A stretch of 64,000 nt of DNA from NCBI GenBank assembly GCA_977017645.1, contig OZ360226.1, forward strand, positions 124,310,001 through 124,374,000. Reading direction: 5' to 3'. This DNA is from Torpedo marmorata. Taxonomy: Eukaryota. Position 1 is the first letter of the stretch. Every line of letters starts with the position of its first letter. This document shows, piece after piece, positions 38,398 through 49,900 of this stretch. The notes beneath the pieces are model-generated. The model was not told where the DNA came from, ran no database searches, and saw only the letters and a program-made list of their open reading frames with translations. Both the position numbers and the translations under genes were made by a program.

Positions 38398-39427
38398 GTT
38401 GGCGCAGATTTTCAGTACCCTATCAGGGCCTGACGCCTTGTGAGGGTTCACCCTCTTGAATCATGTTCTGACGTCGCCCTCAGAGACAGATATCACAGGG
38501 TCCTCAGCCTTTTCAGGGATTCTAGTAGGCACTGTTTGGATCTACTTCTCAAAGCAGGCATAGAAGGTGTTCAGCTCATCGGGTAGTGAAGCATCACAGC
38601 CATCTATAGTATTCGCCCTCACTTTGTAGGCTGTAATGGCCTGCACTCCCTGCCATAGCTGGCGTGTATCTGTCTCTAAATAAATAAATGAATTAAAAAT
38701 TTAAATAAAAAAATTATTTAAAAAAATTAAATTTAAATAGGCTTTCATGTAGGTAGTTCATCACCAAAAAATGTTACAAACACATTTGCTCTTTAGAATA
38801 GTCAAGAGGTTTAATCAATCTAAATTATCAGATGTAGATGGGATATATTTCAGGAAAAAATATTTCCATTGTTACAATCCTTTCCGAATGAACTAATTTC
38901 CAGTAATATTTCTCATATGGTTGGAAAATAGGTTTGTTCAATTATTATCTCTCATTGGGATTTGGAACACTTACTCTTGTCTGATACCATTATTTTAGAG
39001 ATGTTTCTTATTAATTGCTGCAGTTAATCCAGCAAAGAGTCTGCTACAGGAGCTCTACCAACACTATAGAATCAACAAAGAGCAATCAATCAAGGGAAAC
39101 CTGCATCCTGAAGGGCGAGTTAAAATCTCTTACTTGACACAAATTGTGCTCTATGATTCTAATATAATAATGTCTGGAAGTCTGTTAATCCCTTTAAATT
39201 TCTGGAAGATCACTATCATTTGATCGTCATTTACTTTCCAGCCTTTCTCACACAAACGTACCATGTGAGCAGAATTCAAACATGTCAGATTAAATTTAGC
39301 ATGACTATCCAAAGGTAAGGCCACTTTGAACTTTCTATAGTGCAGCATTGATATCTTGGTAAATTGTGCCACTATTTCAGAATGGTGAAGTTGGAGAACA
39401 ATGGAAACTGAGCATAGTAAAGATGTA

Positions 39428-40064
39428 CATGAAAATCTCCATTATCCAGAATTCAAGCAACCGGCAACTGCAAGCAGCCGGCAAAAAAAAACCCCAGAGG
39501 AAATAAATAAATAAATAAAATTTAAATAAATAAGAATACATAAAAATTTAAATAAAAGTTTAAAATTGTAAAAGTAAATGTTCTCCGAAGCAACACACAA
39601 ACCCTTGGTGAAGATGGGAGTAAACATCAGCCAGAGGAGCGCCCCAGTCATCCCCCGCCCGCAGCAGCTATTTGAATAAAGTTGTGTTTGAATAAAATGG
39701 CGTCGCCCAGGATGAAGAGCCGGCCGATGCCCCTTGCCGCTGCGGTGACTCTTCCAAAGTGTCTCCCTATCCCTGCCTAGTAAGAGTCTTTATCTTTATT
39801 AGTATATTAGTAGAAAGCGACCCGAGTTCGAATTTAAAATTTGTATGTTACGGGAATTACTTGATTAAAATGAACTTTACCTAATTAAGGAATACAATAC
39901 TGATTTTTTTCAAATTACTTTACATTTTGCACTGTCTTTTGTCTTTTAAGCTGTTTATTCTTAATGCTAGTGTATTAGTTAGGCGTTGTAAGAATGAGTC
40001 TCAAGCAACTGGAAAATTTGCATATCCGATATCTTCCCAAACCCCGTAGGTGCCGGATTTACTG
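39428..40064. mobile_element. Tigger-like non-autonomous DNA transposon
   Basis: Ends shared with 21820-22038 (AAAATCTCC.TTAT..GAATTCAAGCAACC...TAGGTGCCGGAT..ACTG|TA); longer interior. Confidence 0.7.
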
Positions 40065-42078
40065 TATTATAGTTGTTCAAAGTAGTGGTCCAGAATTTCC
40101 AATGTATGATTCTAACTCTTGTTCTAACCTGTGCTGGATGGTGGATTAATTGGCTGTTGTTCGTTACCCCCTTGTGTGGGTTGGAGAATCAGTGTAGAGT
40201 TGATAGGCTTGTGAGAGAGAAAAGCCCAAAGAGAAATAAGTGGGAATAATTGATTATGCTGTCCTTCAGAGCAGACTGGGGCCAATATTGTAAGAAAATA
40301 TGAGACATGTAATGCAGGTATCCAAAGTGGAAGGGGTGTGTCTCTGGAAAACTGAAATTTAATCTTAAGAATCAGCAGTTGGGACGAAGAGAGGATGAAC
40401 CATTTTTGTTGTGCAACCAAGGTGAAATAATTGACCTAGAACAGCCTTGTTTTTGCAATTGGTTCTGTAAACTACAGCCAGCAAATGGCAGTGCATGGAG
40501 CAGCTCATTCCTGACACCTGTGCCTACGTATTTCAGTACAGAAGTCGGGCTTGAACTGGAGGTCAGACGCTGCAACGTTTGATTTTCTCCTTTGCACGTG
40601 GAAGTGTCACTGAGAGCAAGGGAGGAATACAAACATCCTGAACTGGGGCTGGATATATTCTGCTTTACACTGGGGACAGCTGGTGTTTTTGGCACCACCC
40701 CATTTATTTGAATGGAATCTGAGATTTTCATTGGATTTATTTATTTATTTTGCAAAATTTTTTATTTTGCAGGACCAAGCTGAAGCACATAAATGTGTAA
40801 TTTTCACAGTTGTTTTATGAGTTTATTTAAGTCATTTGGATCATTTTACACTTTTTAAATGCCTCTGATCAGGAAAGGCAATTAGAAGTGACTTAAAACC
40901 CTTGGACAGCAGCAAGTTGCCACAAGGCCATCAGTGGAGCCCAGAGGCAGGGCCTCAGTACTTACAGCCTGAGGACTGGCCACCACTTGCAGACTGCTTC
41001 ACTTTGGGAATGAGCACAGCAATGAGGCCACCAGTTTAATTGGATGCACAGGGCTGCAATAAAGCAAATGGGAAGAGCGTAGAGGGCAACTGTGGGCAGT
41101 GAGAACCATCTGGTCATTGCTGTTCTGAAGATATAACTTTCTCTAAACAAATTATCAGATTTATCCTCGCATTCAAGTCTTTGAAAATTAGTGGAAAATA
41201 CTTTGAATAATATCCTTGTTTTTCAGAGAATGTTTAATATATTGTTTCAGTTCCACAATCATTACATGATTTGATAATTCATATCCTTAAAGGAGATTTA
41301 GGATACAGAAATTAGGATGGTTACTGCACTGCTGGCACACTTGCTAAAAACTCTATTGAATGGTAGGGTGCAAAATATCTGTCTCTTTATCAGCCATTCT
41401 CAAATTTATTTTTGGCTATGGCTCCCTTAGGACTCTGCTCTAAGTTTATGGGCCCTCTTCTCTGTGAAGCAGTCAAGTTTAATTGGTTTCTGTACTTTTC
41501 TCCTAACGACTACAGAGCATGATGCTTTGTGTTCTGAGTTTGTGAGAAAGGACAGGCAGGGGACAAAACATAAAAGTAGTCAGTTAGAGGGTTTGAAATG
41601 TGTCTAATTCAACACTAGGAGCATTGGGAATAAAGGGGATGAAAGAGCATGGATCAGTATGTGGAACTACGATATTGTGGCCATTACAGACACTTGGCTG
41701 GAGGATGGGCAGGGTTTAGGTGTTATAAAAGGAAGAGGATAGGAGGCAAGAGAGGGGTGGGGGAGTAGCATTATTGGTCAGGGATAGTATCACGGCTATA
41801 GAAAGGGAGGACACTGCTGAGGGAGTGTCTACTGAGATGGTGTGGATGGAAGTTAGAAATAGGAAGGGAGCAATCACTTTACTTGGAGTAGTCTATAGGC
41901 CCCCAAATAGCCCTTGGGACACCGGGGAGCAGATAAGCAGGCAGATCTTGGAATGGTACGGGAAATACAGGGTTGTTGTTATGGGAGTCTTCAACTTTCC
42001 TAATATTGACTGGCACTTCCTGACTGCAAGAGGGATAGATGGGACTGAATTTGTCAGGTGTGCTCAAGAAGGATTGCT

Positions 42079-44100
42079 TTATTTAAAATTTATTATTTTT
42101 TTAAATATTTTATTTTAAATTTTCAAATTTTTCACAATAATACAAAATAGTACAAAATATATAGTAAACATTAATAAATCCAATACAAATTTGTATTACC
42201 GTGGTTCTAACCCCATCTCAACCCACCCTCACTAAAACAACCCACCCTCCACCCTTCCCATCCCTTACTCCCTCCCCTTACTAAAAATAAAGAAAAGAGA
42301 AAAGAAGAAAGAGGAGAAGACATTGATATTTATCGAAAACATCCGTACGGGTCCACGGCTCGGTGCGAGACATTCAACAGTATTCATTCTTTAAATTTAA
42401 GAGAGTCAGCAGGGTCTAGGATGTAGAGCAACACATTTAAATATTCACACCTAATAATTGGATGAATGGACGCCAAATTTGCAAAAATATTCCATATTTA
42501 TTCCTCATATTATATGTTATTCTTTCCAATGGAATACAACTCCGCATCTCTGAGTTCCATCTGTCCATACTTAAATTTGTATCCGATTTCCAAGTTACTG
42601 CTATACATTTCCTTGCTACTGCTAATGCAATTTTTACAAATTTCAATTGCCATGTAGATAACTTCAATTTTGGTCTAGTTCCTTCCACATTTCCCAATAA
42701 AAATAAGTCAGGATTCTGTGGATATGTAACACCTGTAATTTGTTTTAACCGGTTTCCTAACTCTATCCAAAAACCTTTAACTTTTGGACATAACCACGTT
42801 GAATGTAAAAAGGTTCCCTCTTCTTCACCACATCTAAAACATCTATTTGATATCGTAGAATTTATCTTATTCAATTTTTGTGGTGTAAGATATAATTGAT
42901 GTAAAAAATTATATTGTACCAGTCTATATCTTACATTAACAGTATTAGTCATACTATCTAAACATAAATCCGACCATCTTTTTTCATCAATTATAACATT
43001 AAGATCTTGTTCCCATCTTTGTCTAGATTTATGAAGTCCTCGTTTTAAAGCTCCCCTTTGTAGCAAAGAATACACTATAGAAGTACATTTCTTAATATTT
43101 CCTTTCCTAATAAGGGTTTCTACCTCACTACAATCTTGTAACAACATATCTGGACCTAATTTTTCTCTTAAATAATTGAAAATAGCAAAAAAGAGTATTA
43201 TTAGGTATTCCATATTTATTCCGTAATTGTATAAATGACATCAATTGATTTCCTTCATAGCAGTCTTCTATCTTCTTTATTCCTTTTAGTGACCAAATGT
43301 TTAAAAATTGATTTATCTTTTGTAAATGGTATAAGATTATTCTGTATCAGAGGCACTTTGGGTGATATACTTCCTTTCAACCCTATGTCATCATTAACCT
43401 TATTCCAAGCATTAATCAAATGTTTTAATAACGGCGTTTCTTTAACACCTGTCAATAGTTTTGAATTCCATTTGTATATAAATTCTTCTGGTACCTTTTC
43501 TCCTATTTCTCCAAGTTCTATTCCAACCCACTCAGGTCTTTCTTCAGTTTCAAAAAAAGAAGCAACAAATCGCATTTGTGCCGCTCGGTAATAATTCTTA
43601 AAATTAGGGAGTTGCAAACCTCCCAATTCATATTTCCATGTTAAACGTTCCATTGAAACTCTTGACATTTTACCTTTCCATAGAAATTTTCGCACTTGTT
43701 TATTTAAGTCCTGAAAGAAAACCTGTGGTAATAAAATAGGTATAGTCTGATACAAATACTGTATCCTTGGAAATATATTCATTTTGATACAGTTAACTCT
43801 TCCTATTAGTGTGATTGGTAAATTAATCCATTTTTCTAAATCCTCCTTAATCTTATTAAGTAATGGTACATAGTTCCATTTATATAATTTTTTTAATTTA
43901 TTATCTGTCCGAACCCCAAGATATTTTATTCCATTATGTGGCCATTTAAACTGAGTAGTTATTTTGCATACAGTATAGTCTCCCTCTGTAAGAGGCATAA
44001 CTTCACTTTTATCCCAATTTATCTTATAACCAGAGACTTTTCCATATTCCTCCAGCTTGAAATGCAATCTTTGCAAAGAAGTCTCAGGCTCTGTCAAGTA
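42079..44100 (-). mobile_element. L1-clade LINE (second subfamily), 5'-truncated
   Basis: TSD TCAAGAAGGATT(G/C)CT at 42064-42078 / 44101-44115; ORFs 43255..44097 and 42437..43213. Confidence 0.93.
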
Positions 44101-44930
44101 TCAAGAAGGATTCCTGATACAGTATGTGGACCAGCCGAGGAGAGGCCATACTGGATCTAATTCTGGTCAGGTGGCGAACCTCTCGGTGGGTGAGCACTTT
44201 CGTGAGTGTGACCACAACTACCTGAGCTTTAGCATAGCTATGGATAAGGATAAAAGCAGACAAAGTGGGAAACTGCTTAATTGGGGATGTATGAGGCAGG
44301 AAATAGCGAGAGTAAATTGGAAAAAGATGTTCAAAGGAGAAAGTACAGAACTAATGTGGAGGAAGTTTAGGGACTGCTTGTGCTGGGTTCAGGATAAGTT
44401 TGTCCCAATGGGACAATGAAAATATGGTAGGAAAAGGGAACCGTGGTTAAAGAAACGGGTGAGGCAGCTAGTCAAGAGGAAGAAGGAAGCATACATTAGA
44501 TATAGGAAGCAGGAAACAGGAAGGGCTCATGAGAAGTATATGGTAGCCAGGAAGGAGCTTAAGAAAGGACTTAGGAGAGCTCAAAGCGGGCATGAGAAGG
44601 CCTTGGCATGTAGGATTAAGGAAAACCCCAAGACATTCTATGCGTATGTGAAGAACAGAAGGATGACGAGAATGAAGGTGGGGCCACTAAAGGATAAAGG
44701 AGGCAACATGTGCCTTGAGGCGAAGGAGTTTGGGGAGGTCCTAAATGAATACTTTGCTTCAGTATTCACAAGAGAAAAGGACCAGGATCAGGGTAAGGTC
44801 AGAATAGAACAGGCTTGTGCGCTGGACACTGTTGAGATTAAGGAAAAGGAGGTGTTGGATCTTCTTAAAAACATTAAGATTGATAAGTCCACGGGGCTGG
44901 ATGCGATATACAGATTTCAGATTTATTGTC

Positions 44931-45008
44931 AGAGTACATACATGACGTCACATACAACCCTGAGATTCTTTTTCCTGCGGGCGCAGCAGAATTACCACTC
45001 CAGGAGGC
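44931..45008 (-). mobile_element. Short Rex/L2-like 3' tail inside CR1
   Basis: Reverse complement ends GACAATAAATCTGAAATCTG; interrupts the CR1 'DAIY|PRLL' motif. Confidence 0.6.
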
Positions 45009-45809
45009 ACCCCAGGTTGCTGTGGGAAGTGAGGGAAGAGATAGCTGAGGCAGTGGCTATGATCTTTGATTCCTCTTTGGCCACAGAGGAGGAGCCAGTG
45101 GATTGGAGAATGGCAAATGTGGTGCTCTTGTTTAAAAAAAAAGGTAATAGGGAGAATCCTGGGAATTATAGACTGGTGAGTCTAACGTCAGTGGTGTGCA
45201 AACTATTGGAGAGGATTCTTAAGGATAGGATCTATGAGCATTTGGAGAATACAGTCTACTCAGGGATAGTCAGCATGGCTTTGTGAAGGGAAGGTCGTGC
45301 CTCACAAGTCTAATTGAGTTTTTTGAGGAGGTAACAAAGGAAATTGATGATGGTAGGGAGGTAGATGTGGTCTATATGGATTTAAGGAAGGCATTTGACA
45401 AGGTCCCCCATGAGAGACTTGTTCAGAAAGTCATGAGGCATGGGATCCATGGAACCTTGGCTGTGTGGATTAAAAATTGGCTTGCATATAGAAAGCAGAG
45501 AGAGGAAGGAAAGTATTCGGCCTGGAGGTCAGTGACTAGTGGGTTTCCGCAAGGATCTGTTCTGGGACCCTTGCTCTTTGTGATCTTTATAAATGATCTC
45601 GATGAAGAGGTGGAAGGATGGGTCAGTAAGTTTGCGGATTGCGTTTTATTGCTTCTTTTTTTGAAACTGAAGAAAGACCTGCGTGGGTTGGAATAGAGCT
45701 TGGAGAAATAGGAGAGAAGAAACCACAAGAATTTATATATAAATGGAATTCAAAACTGTTGACAGGTGTTAAAGAAACACCGTTATTAAAACATTTGATT
45801 AATGCTTGG

Positions 45810-46491
45810 TATAAGTAACGGTGACTTCGCTCCACCAATAGTCACCTGGAGGCTAAGTGTGGTCCTTGCTTTTGACGCGTTTTATTTAATTTACTAACAA
45901 AGTCCAATATGTTCAAAAACCTTTATTTTCACACATGACTTGCAGTAATCTTCAATGACTTTAATATAAACAGTTCTTGTAAACGGTGTATGATGAGTTC
46001 CTTTAAATTATTCTTTAAACAATTCCAAAACGATATGAAACACTGTAGATGATGTTAAAATTATAGAAACATTATAAAACGGTCAATAAAGATGTGGAGA
46101 CCAGACTCACCCCCCATACATCTCTATCCTTTCTTTGTTCTCTCTCTCCAATGGTTCTGCGCATGCTCCAACGCGCATACTACAATTCCCAGCCTCCCAC
46201 GCGCACTATGACGTCACTCTATACTGCGCATGCGCCCGTCGGCACTCCCGCGCATGCGCATATCAAAGAACGGGCCGACGACGGCCCACAGAACAACGCA
46301 AGCGCTCCAAGGCCCGACGTGGCCTCGGAGCGCGCTGAGGACGGCCCAGTGAACAACGCGAGCGCTCAATGGCCCGACGTGGCCCAGGAGCGCTCCGAGG
46401 ACGGCCCACCGAACCACGCGAGCGCTCCAAGGCCCGACGAGACATCGGAGCGCCGCAACAACGGTAAGTTAACGAGCCTACGGCTCTTACA
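45810..46491 (-). repeat. 3' LTR of BEL element
   Basis: Same sequence as 51270-51951 by line-by-line inspection (offset 5460). Confidence 0.95.
46276..46455. repeat. Three ~60-bp GC-rich tandem units in the BEL LTR (also 51736-51915)
   Basis: GACGGCCCA..GAAC.ACGC.AGCGCTC.A.GGCCCGACG repeated three times. Confidence 0.85.
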
Positions 46492-46689
46492 CCGGCCCCT
46501 AATTATTATAATTAGACGTAATGTCTTGAATAATAATTACACTATAAATAATAATAACCATAACATTCAAAACAATACAAATCTTCTTTCTTCCTTCTTC
46601 ATAAATCTAGAGTTTACCATAACTCTGATTCAACAAAAGTCTGTAACCTGTGAAATGTACAACAACAAATAAAGTCAGTTTACATTTAT

Positions 46690-46870
46690 CAAAGTTCCTC
46701 TGTCTCCAACAAAAGGCAGACCTGGTTAATAGGTCTGTTTAGAAAACCAGTCTTAGCTTTAATTCGCACTTGACGCACAAGTCCTCTTTGTCTTGAAAAG
46801 TCTCAATAATCTTTTCCAAGTAACCAGGAATTTCTTGAAGTTGAACCATCCATAACAATCACAATGTCTC
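46690..46870 (-). pseudogene. Frameshifted remnant of the BEL pol C-terminus (DUF5641-like)
   Basis: Reads DIVIVMDGSTSRNSWLLGK/IIETFQDK/GLVRQVRIKAKTGFLNRPINQVCLLLE across frameshifts. Confidence 0.75.
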
Positions 46871-46908
46871 TTTAAAGTTCTTTTATCTTTATAATCCGAG
46901 TCAAAACG

Positions 46909-49900
46909 TCAACTAGTAAACTTCAAATCCTCCTCAGACAAAATAGATACAGTTTTCCTTTTGAATTTAACATGAGGCACTTCTTCAGCATGTCGTTTCA
47001 CTTTATTCCTTTCTTCAGTATTCCACTTCTTATGTGAAGAATTTAAACTCTTAGAATTAGAATTTGAATATTCATTTGATTCTTTCGATTTTAAACAGGT
47101 CTGTTTAACCACTCTGGTTTCTATGGCTCTTTCCTGCAATTCTAAATCCAATTTTGCAACTTTCAACTCAGTCTCAGCTCCTTCCGAGAAATTAATAATT
47201 TGATTTGAAGTCAAAATATCATATGGTACATTGATATTTCCATTGTCAATCCTGTCGCGACAAACTTGAAATTTTTTAATTTCTTCGTCTTGCTTGTTAC
47301 ATTTCTGCAATGCAATTTCACATTCTTTCTGCATTGTTAATTGTTGAACATTCAATTTACATTCTTGATTGGTTTTTAAAGTCAACTGTTTTGTGTTATT
47401 AACCAATAACTTGTTCTCTTTCAAAACATTAATTTCTTCCTCCAACCTTTTACATTTTGATAATGCTGAATCTCTTTCCTCAATAACTGTATTCATTTCT
47501 TCAGCAGTTATTCTTTTCTTCCGCTTTCTGACTTTGCGAGTTTTACTTACAATTAAATCTTTCTGTTTACTGTTTTCTTGCTTATTTAATATTTCCAATT
47601 CTCCTTTCAACATTTTGTTCTCTGGATTCAATTGCATTGAATTATCATTCACATTATTCTTTATTCCATCAGCACAATTTTCTGTGTTTTCCAGTTTTAC
47701 ATCACATTGTAATATTTCTTCATTAGCTTTGCCTGTTGTAATCTCTGAACTACAAAATCTACATTCAGATTTGTTTTCAGTCACTTGTTTTATTCCTGTA
47801 TCTGATTCAATTACACATGAATGATCAATAGTATTATTTGCAACATCTTTTAATACTTCACTTTCATCCTCTAACACTTCACTTTCATCCATTTCTGACG
47901 AAATTAATTCCTTCAATGTTGTTTTAAATACCATTGATTTATTTTCACATTGATCTGTTTTCTTTTCTTCATAAGTGATTTTCTTATTCACGGTTTTTTG
48001 CTCTTCTTTTAACTCTTCAAATTTCTCAACTGAAATTTTATTAACATTTATCGCTACCTGTTCCTGAGCAATATCATTATTTCTTTCCATTGGTCCATTG
48101 ATTGCCCAACCAAGTATGGTTCTAATAGCGTAAGGTCCATTCCTTTTACTCTCTATTACTTCTTTTGGTACCAAAACCTTTGGCACATCTGAACCAATCA
48201 GCATTTCTATTTCAGAATTAATTTCAGGTAAATAAACCTTCCACAGATAAGCTAAATGATGGATATCACTTTGATGAGGAATATTTCCTTCGTTCACAGG
48301 CATAGTCTTCTGAGTATATACACTTGGAAGATCACAAAATTTTTTGTCATCCAATCCAGCAACCTCTAAGCCTGAAACAATGTTAGTTTCAACAACCTTT
48401 TCTTGTCCCATGGTTTTTAACATAATTCTTGATTTTCTTCCTTGAATATTAAGTTTATTCATTAGTCCTTCCGTGCAAAAAGATGCAGTGCTACCTGGGT
48501 CTAGAAATGCATATGTTTTTACTATTGCATCCCCTTTCTTGGCCTTAACTTGTACAGGCACTATTGAAAGTTTGCAGTTATTCACCCCGGCCCCAGTAAG
48601 ACCACTTGTCTGAACCGAGGTTATAACATTATTTTCTTTTGTTTCCTTTGTTTCTGTTTGCTCCTTTTCCAATTCCTTGTTTCTGTTACGGACATGCAAA
48701 ATTCTAGGATGTTTAAAATTGCATATGTCACAATTAATTTGCTTCTCGCAGTTTTTACTGATGTGCCCTTTACACAAACAGCTAAAACATATTCCATTTT
48801 CCTTTAAGAAAGCGATCTTTTCCTTATGTTCCTTCTTTTCCAATTGTAAACACATTTCCAAAGCATGTCCACCTTTACAGAACAAACAACTCTTTTCATT
48901 AGGCAAACTTTCCTTTTCCTTATTTATTTTGTCCTTTTCTTTACTTATAACTTGCACATTAGTAGCAAAAGTACTCCTTTTCACTTTCGGACTAGACTGT
49001 GAATTAGACTTCCTTACATCTTTGCTCATTGAATTATCTCTGGTATTTCCATATAGTGGATCTGTTTCAACATACACTTGTCGTTCAAGAAAATTTACCA
49101 AATCCTTTAAAGTAATTCTTCGACCATAATTTACTTGTAAATCACAAGCCAAATTTCTCCATCTATCCCATACCTTGTAAGGTAATTTTTCTAAAATGAT
49201 TCGCATATTACTATGCACATCAAGCTCACGAATACCATCGATTTCTTCCATAGCATTACAACATCCTCTTAAAAACAAAGTATATTCTTGCAAAGCCTTT
49301 ACATCATTTTGTTTTATTGATGTCCATTTAAGAGCTTTATCCATATAAGCTAAAGCAATTCGATGTTTGTTGCCAAAATATTGTTCCAATAAAGCCTTAG
49401 CTTTGTCTAATCCTCTTCCTGAAGACATTTGGTTACAACCTTTTACCAGTTCTTTTGGATGTCCCTTTGTGAACATTTCCAAATAATAAAGACATTCATC
49501 ACGATCTTGGCATTTATCTTCAATATTGCGTTTGAAAGATCTCATAAACGATTGATATTGAAGTGGATCACCATCAAAAGTTTGTATCTCTTTCTTGGGT
49601 AAAGAAGAGAGAGACTGTAATTGAAACAATGATGCAGCAATTTCATTTTGTCTTTCCTTGGATAACAATACATTGCTCTGCTCACTGTTTCTTGTTGCAT
49701 GCAATGTATCTGGAAACCTTACTGGTGTAGTTTCTTCCATATTTCTGATGCTTGACTCACATAACAAAGAAGCTACTTCGTTCGACCGAACCCAATCTGC
49801 AGCTTTGCTTTCAGATGTTACCATTGGTACATGTGACTCGATACCAAAATGCTCTTGAAAGGTTTGACCTTGTATATGTAAGTTTTGTATCCTTGGTTCT

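Larger units (their letters stand above)
31021..38677 (-). mobile_element. Rex1/Babar-type LINE (31021-32462 and 38398-38677) split by a Gypsy element
   Basis: ORFs 31183..31938 and 32002..32307 are near-identical to the copy at 2872-4526; LINE sequence resumes at 38398. Confidence 0.9.

Noticed and set aside
46276-46455. CRISPR-like array
   Set aside because: Contiguous tandem units with no unique spacers, no cas genes, eukaryotic LTR context
46094-46672. 192-aa ORF (and 135-aa twin at 51554) within the BEL LTRs
   Set aside because: Begins at GTG and is kept open by GC-rich 60-bp repeats; the duplication is just the LTR pair
47263-47631. Exon of the genuine host MIPOL1 gene
   Set aside because: Lies inside an LTR-bounded, TSD-flanked element, in frame with Gag-protease, without visible introns; treated as captured cargo and no gene symbol assigned
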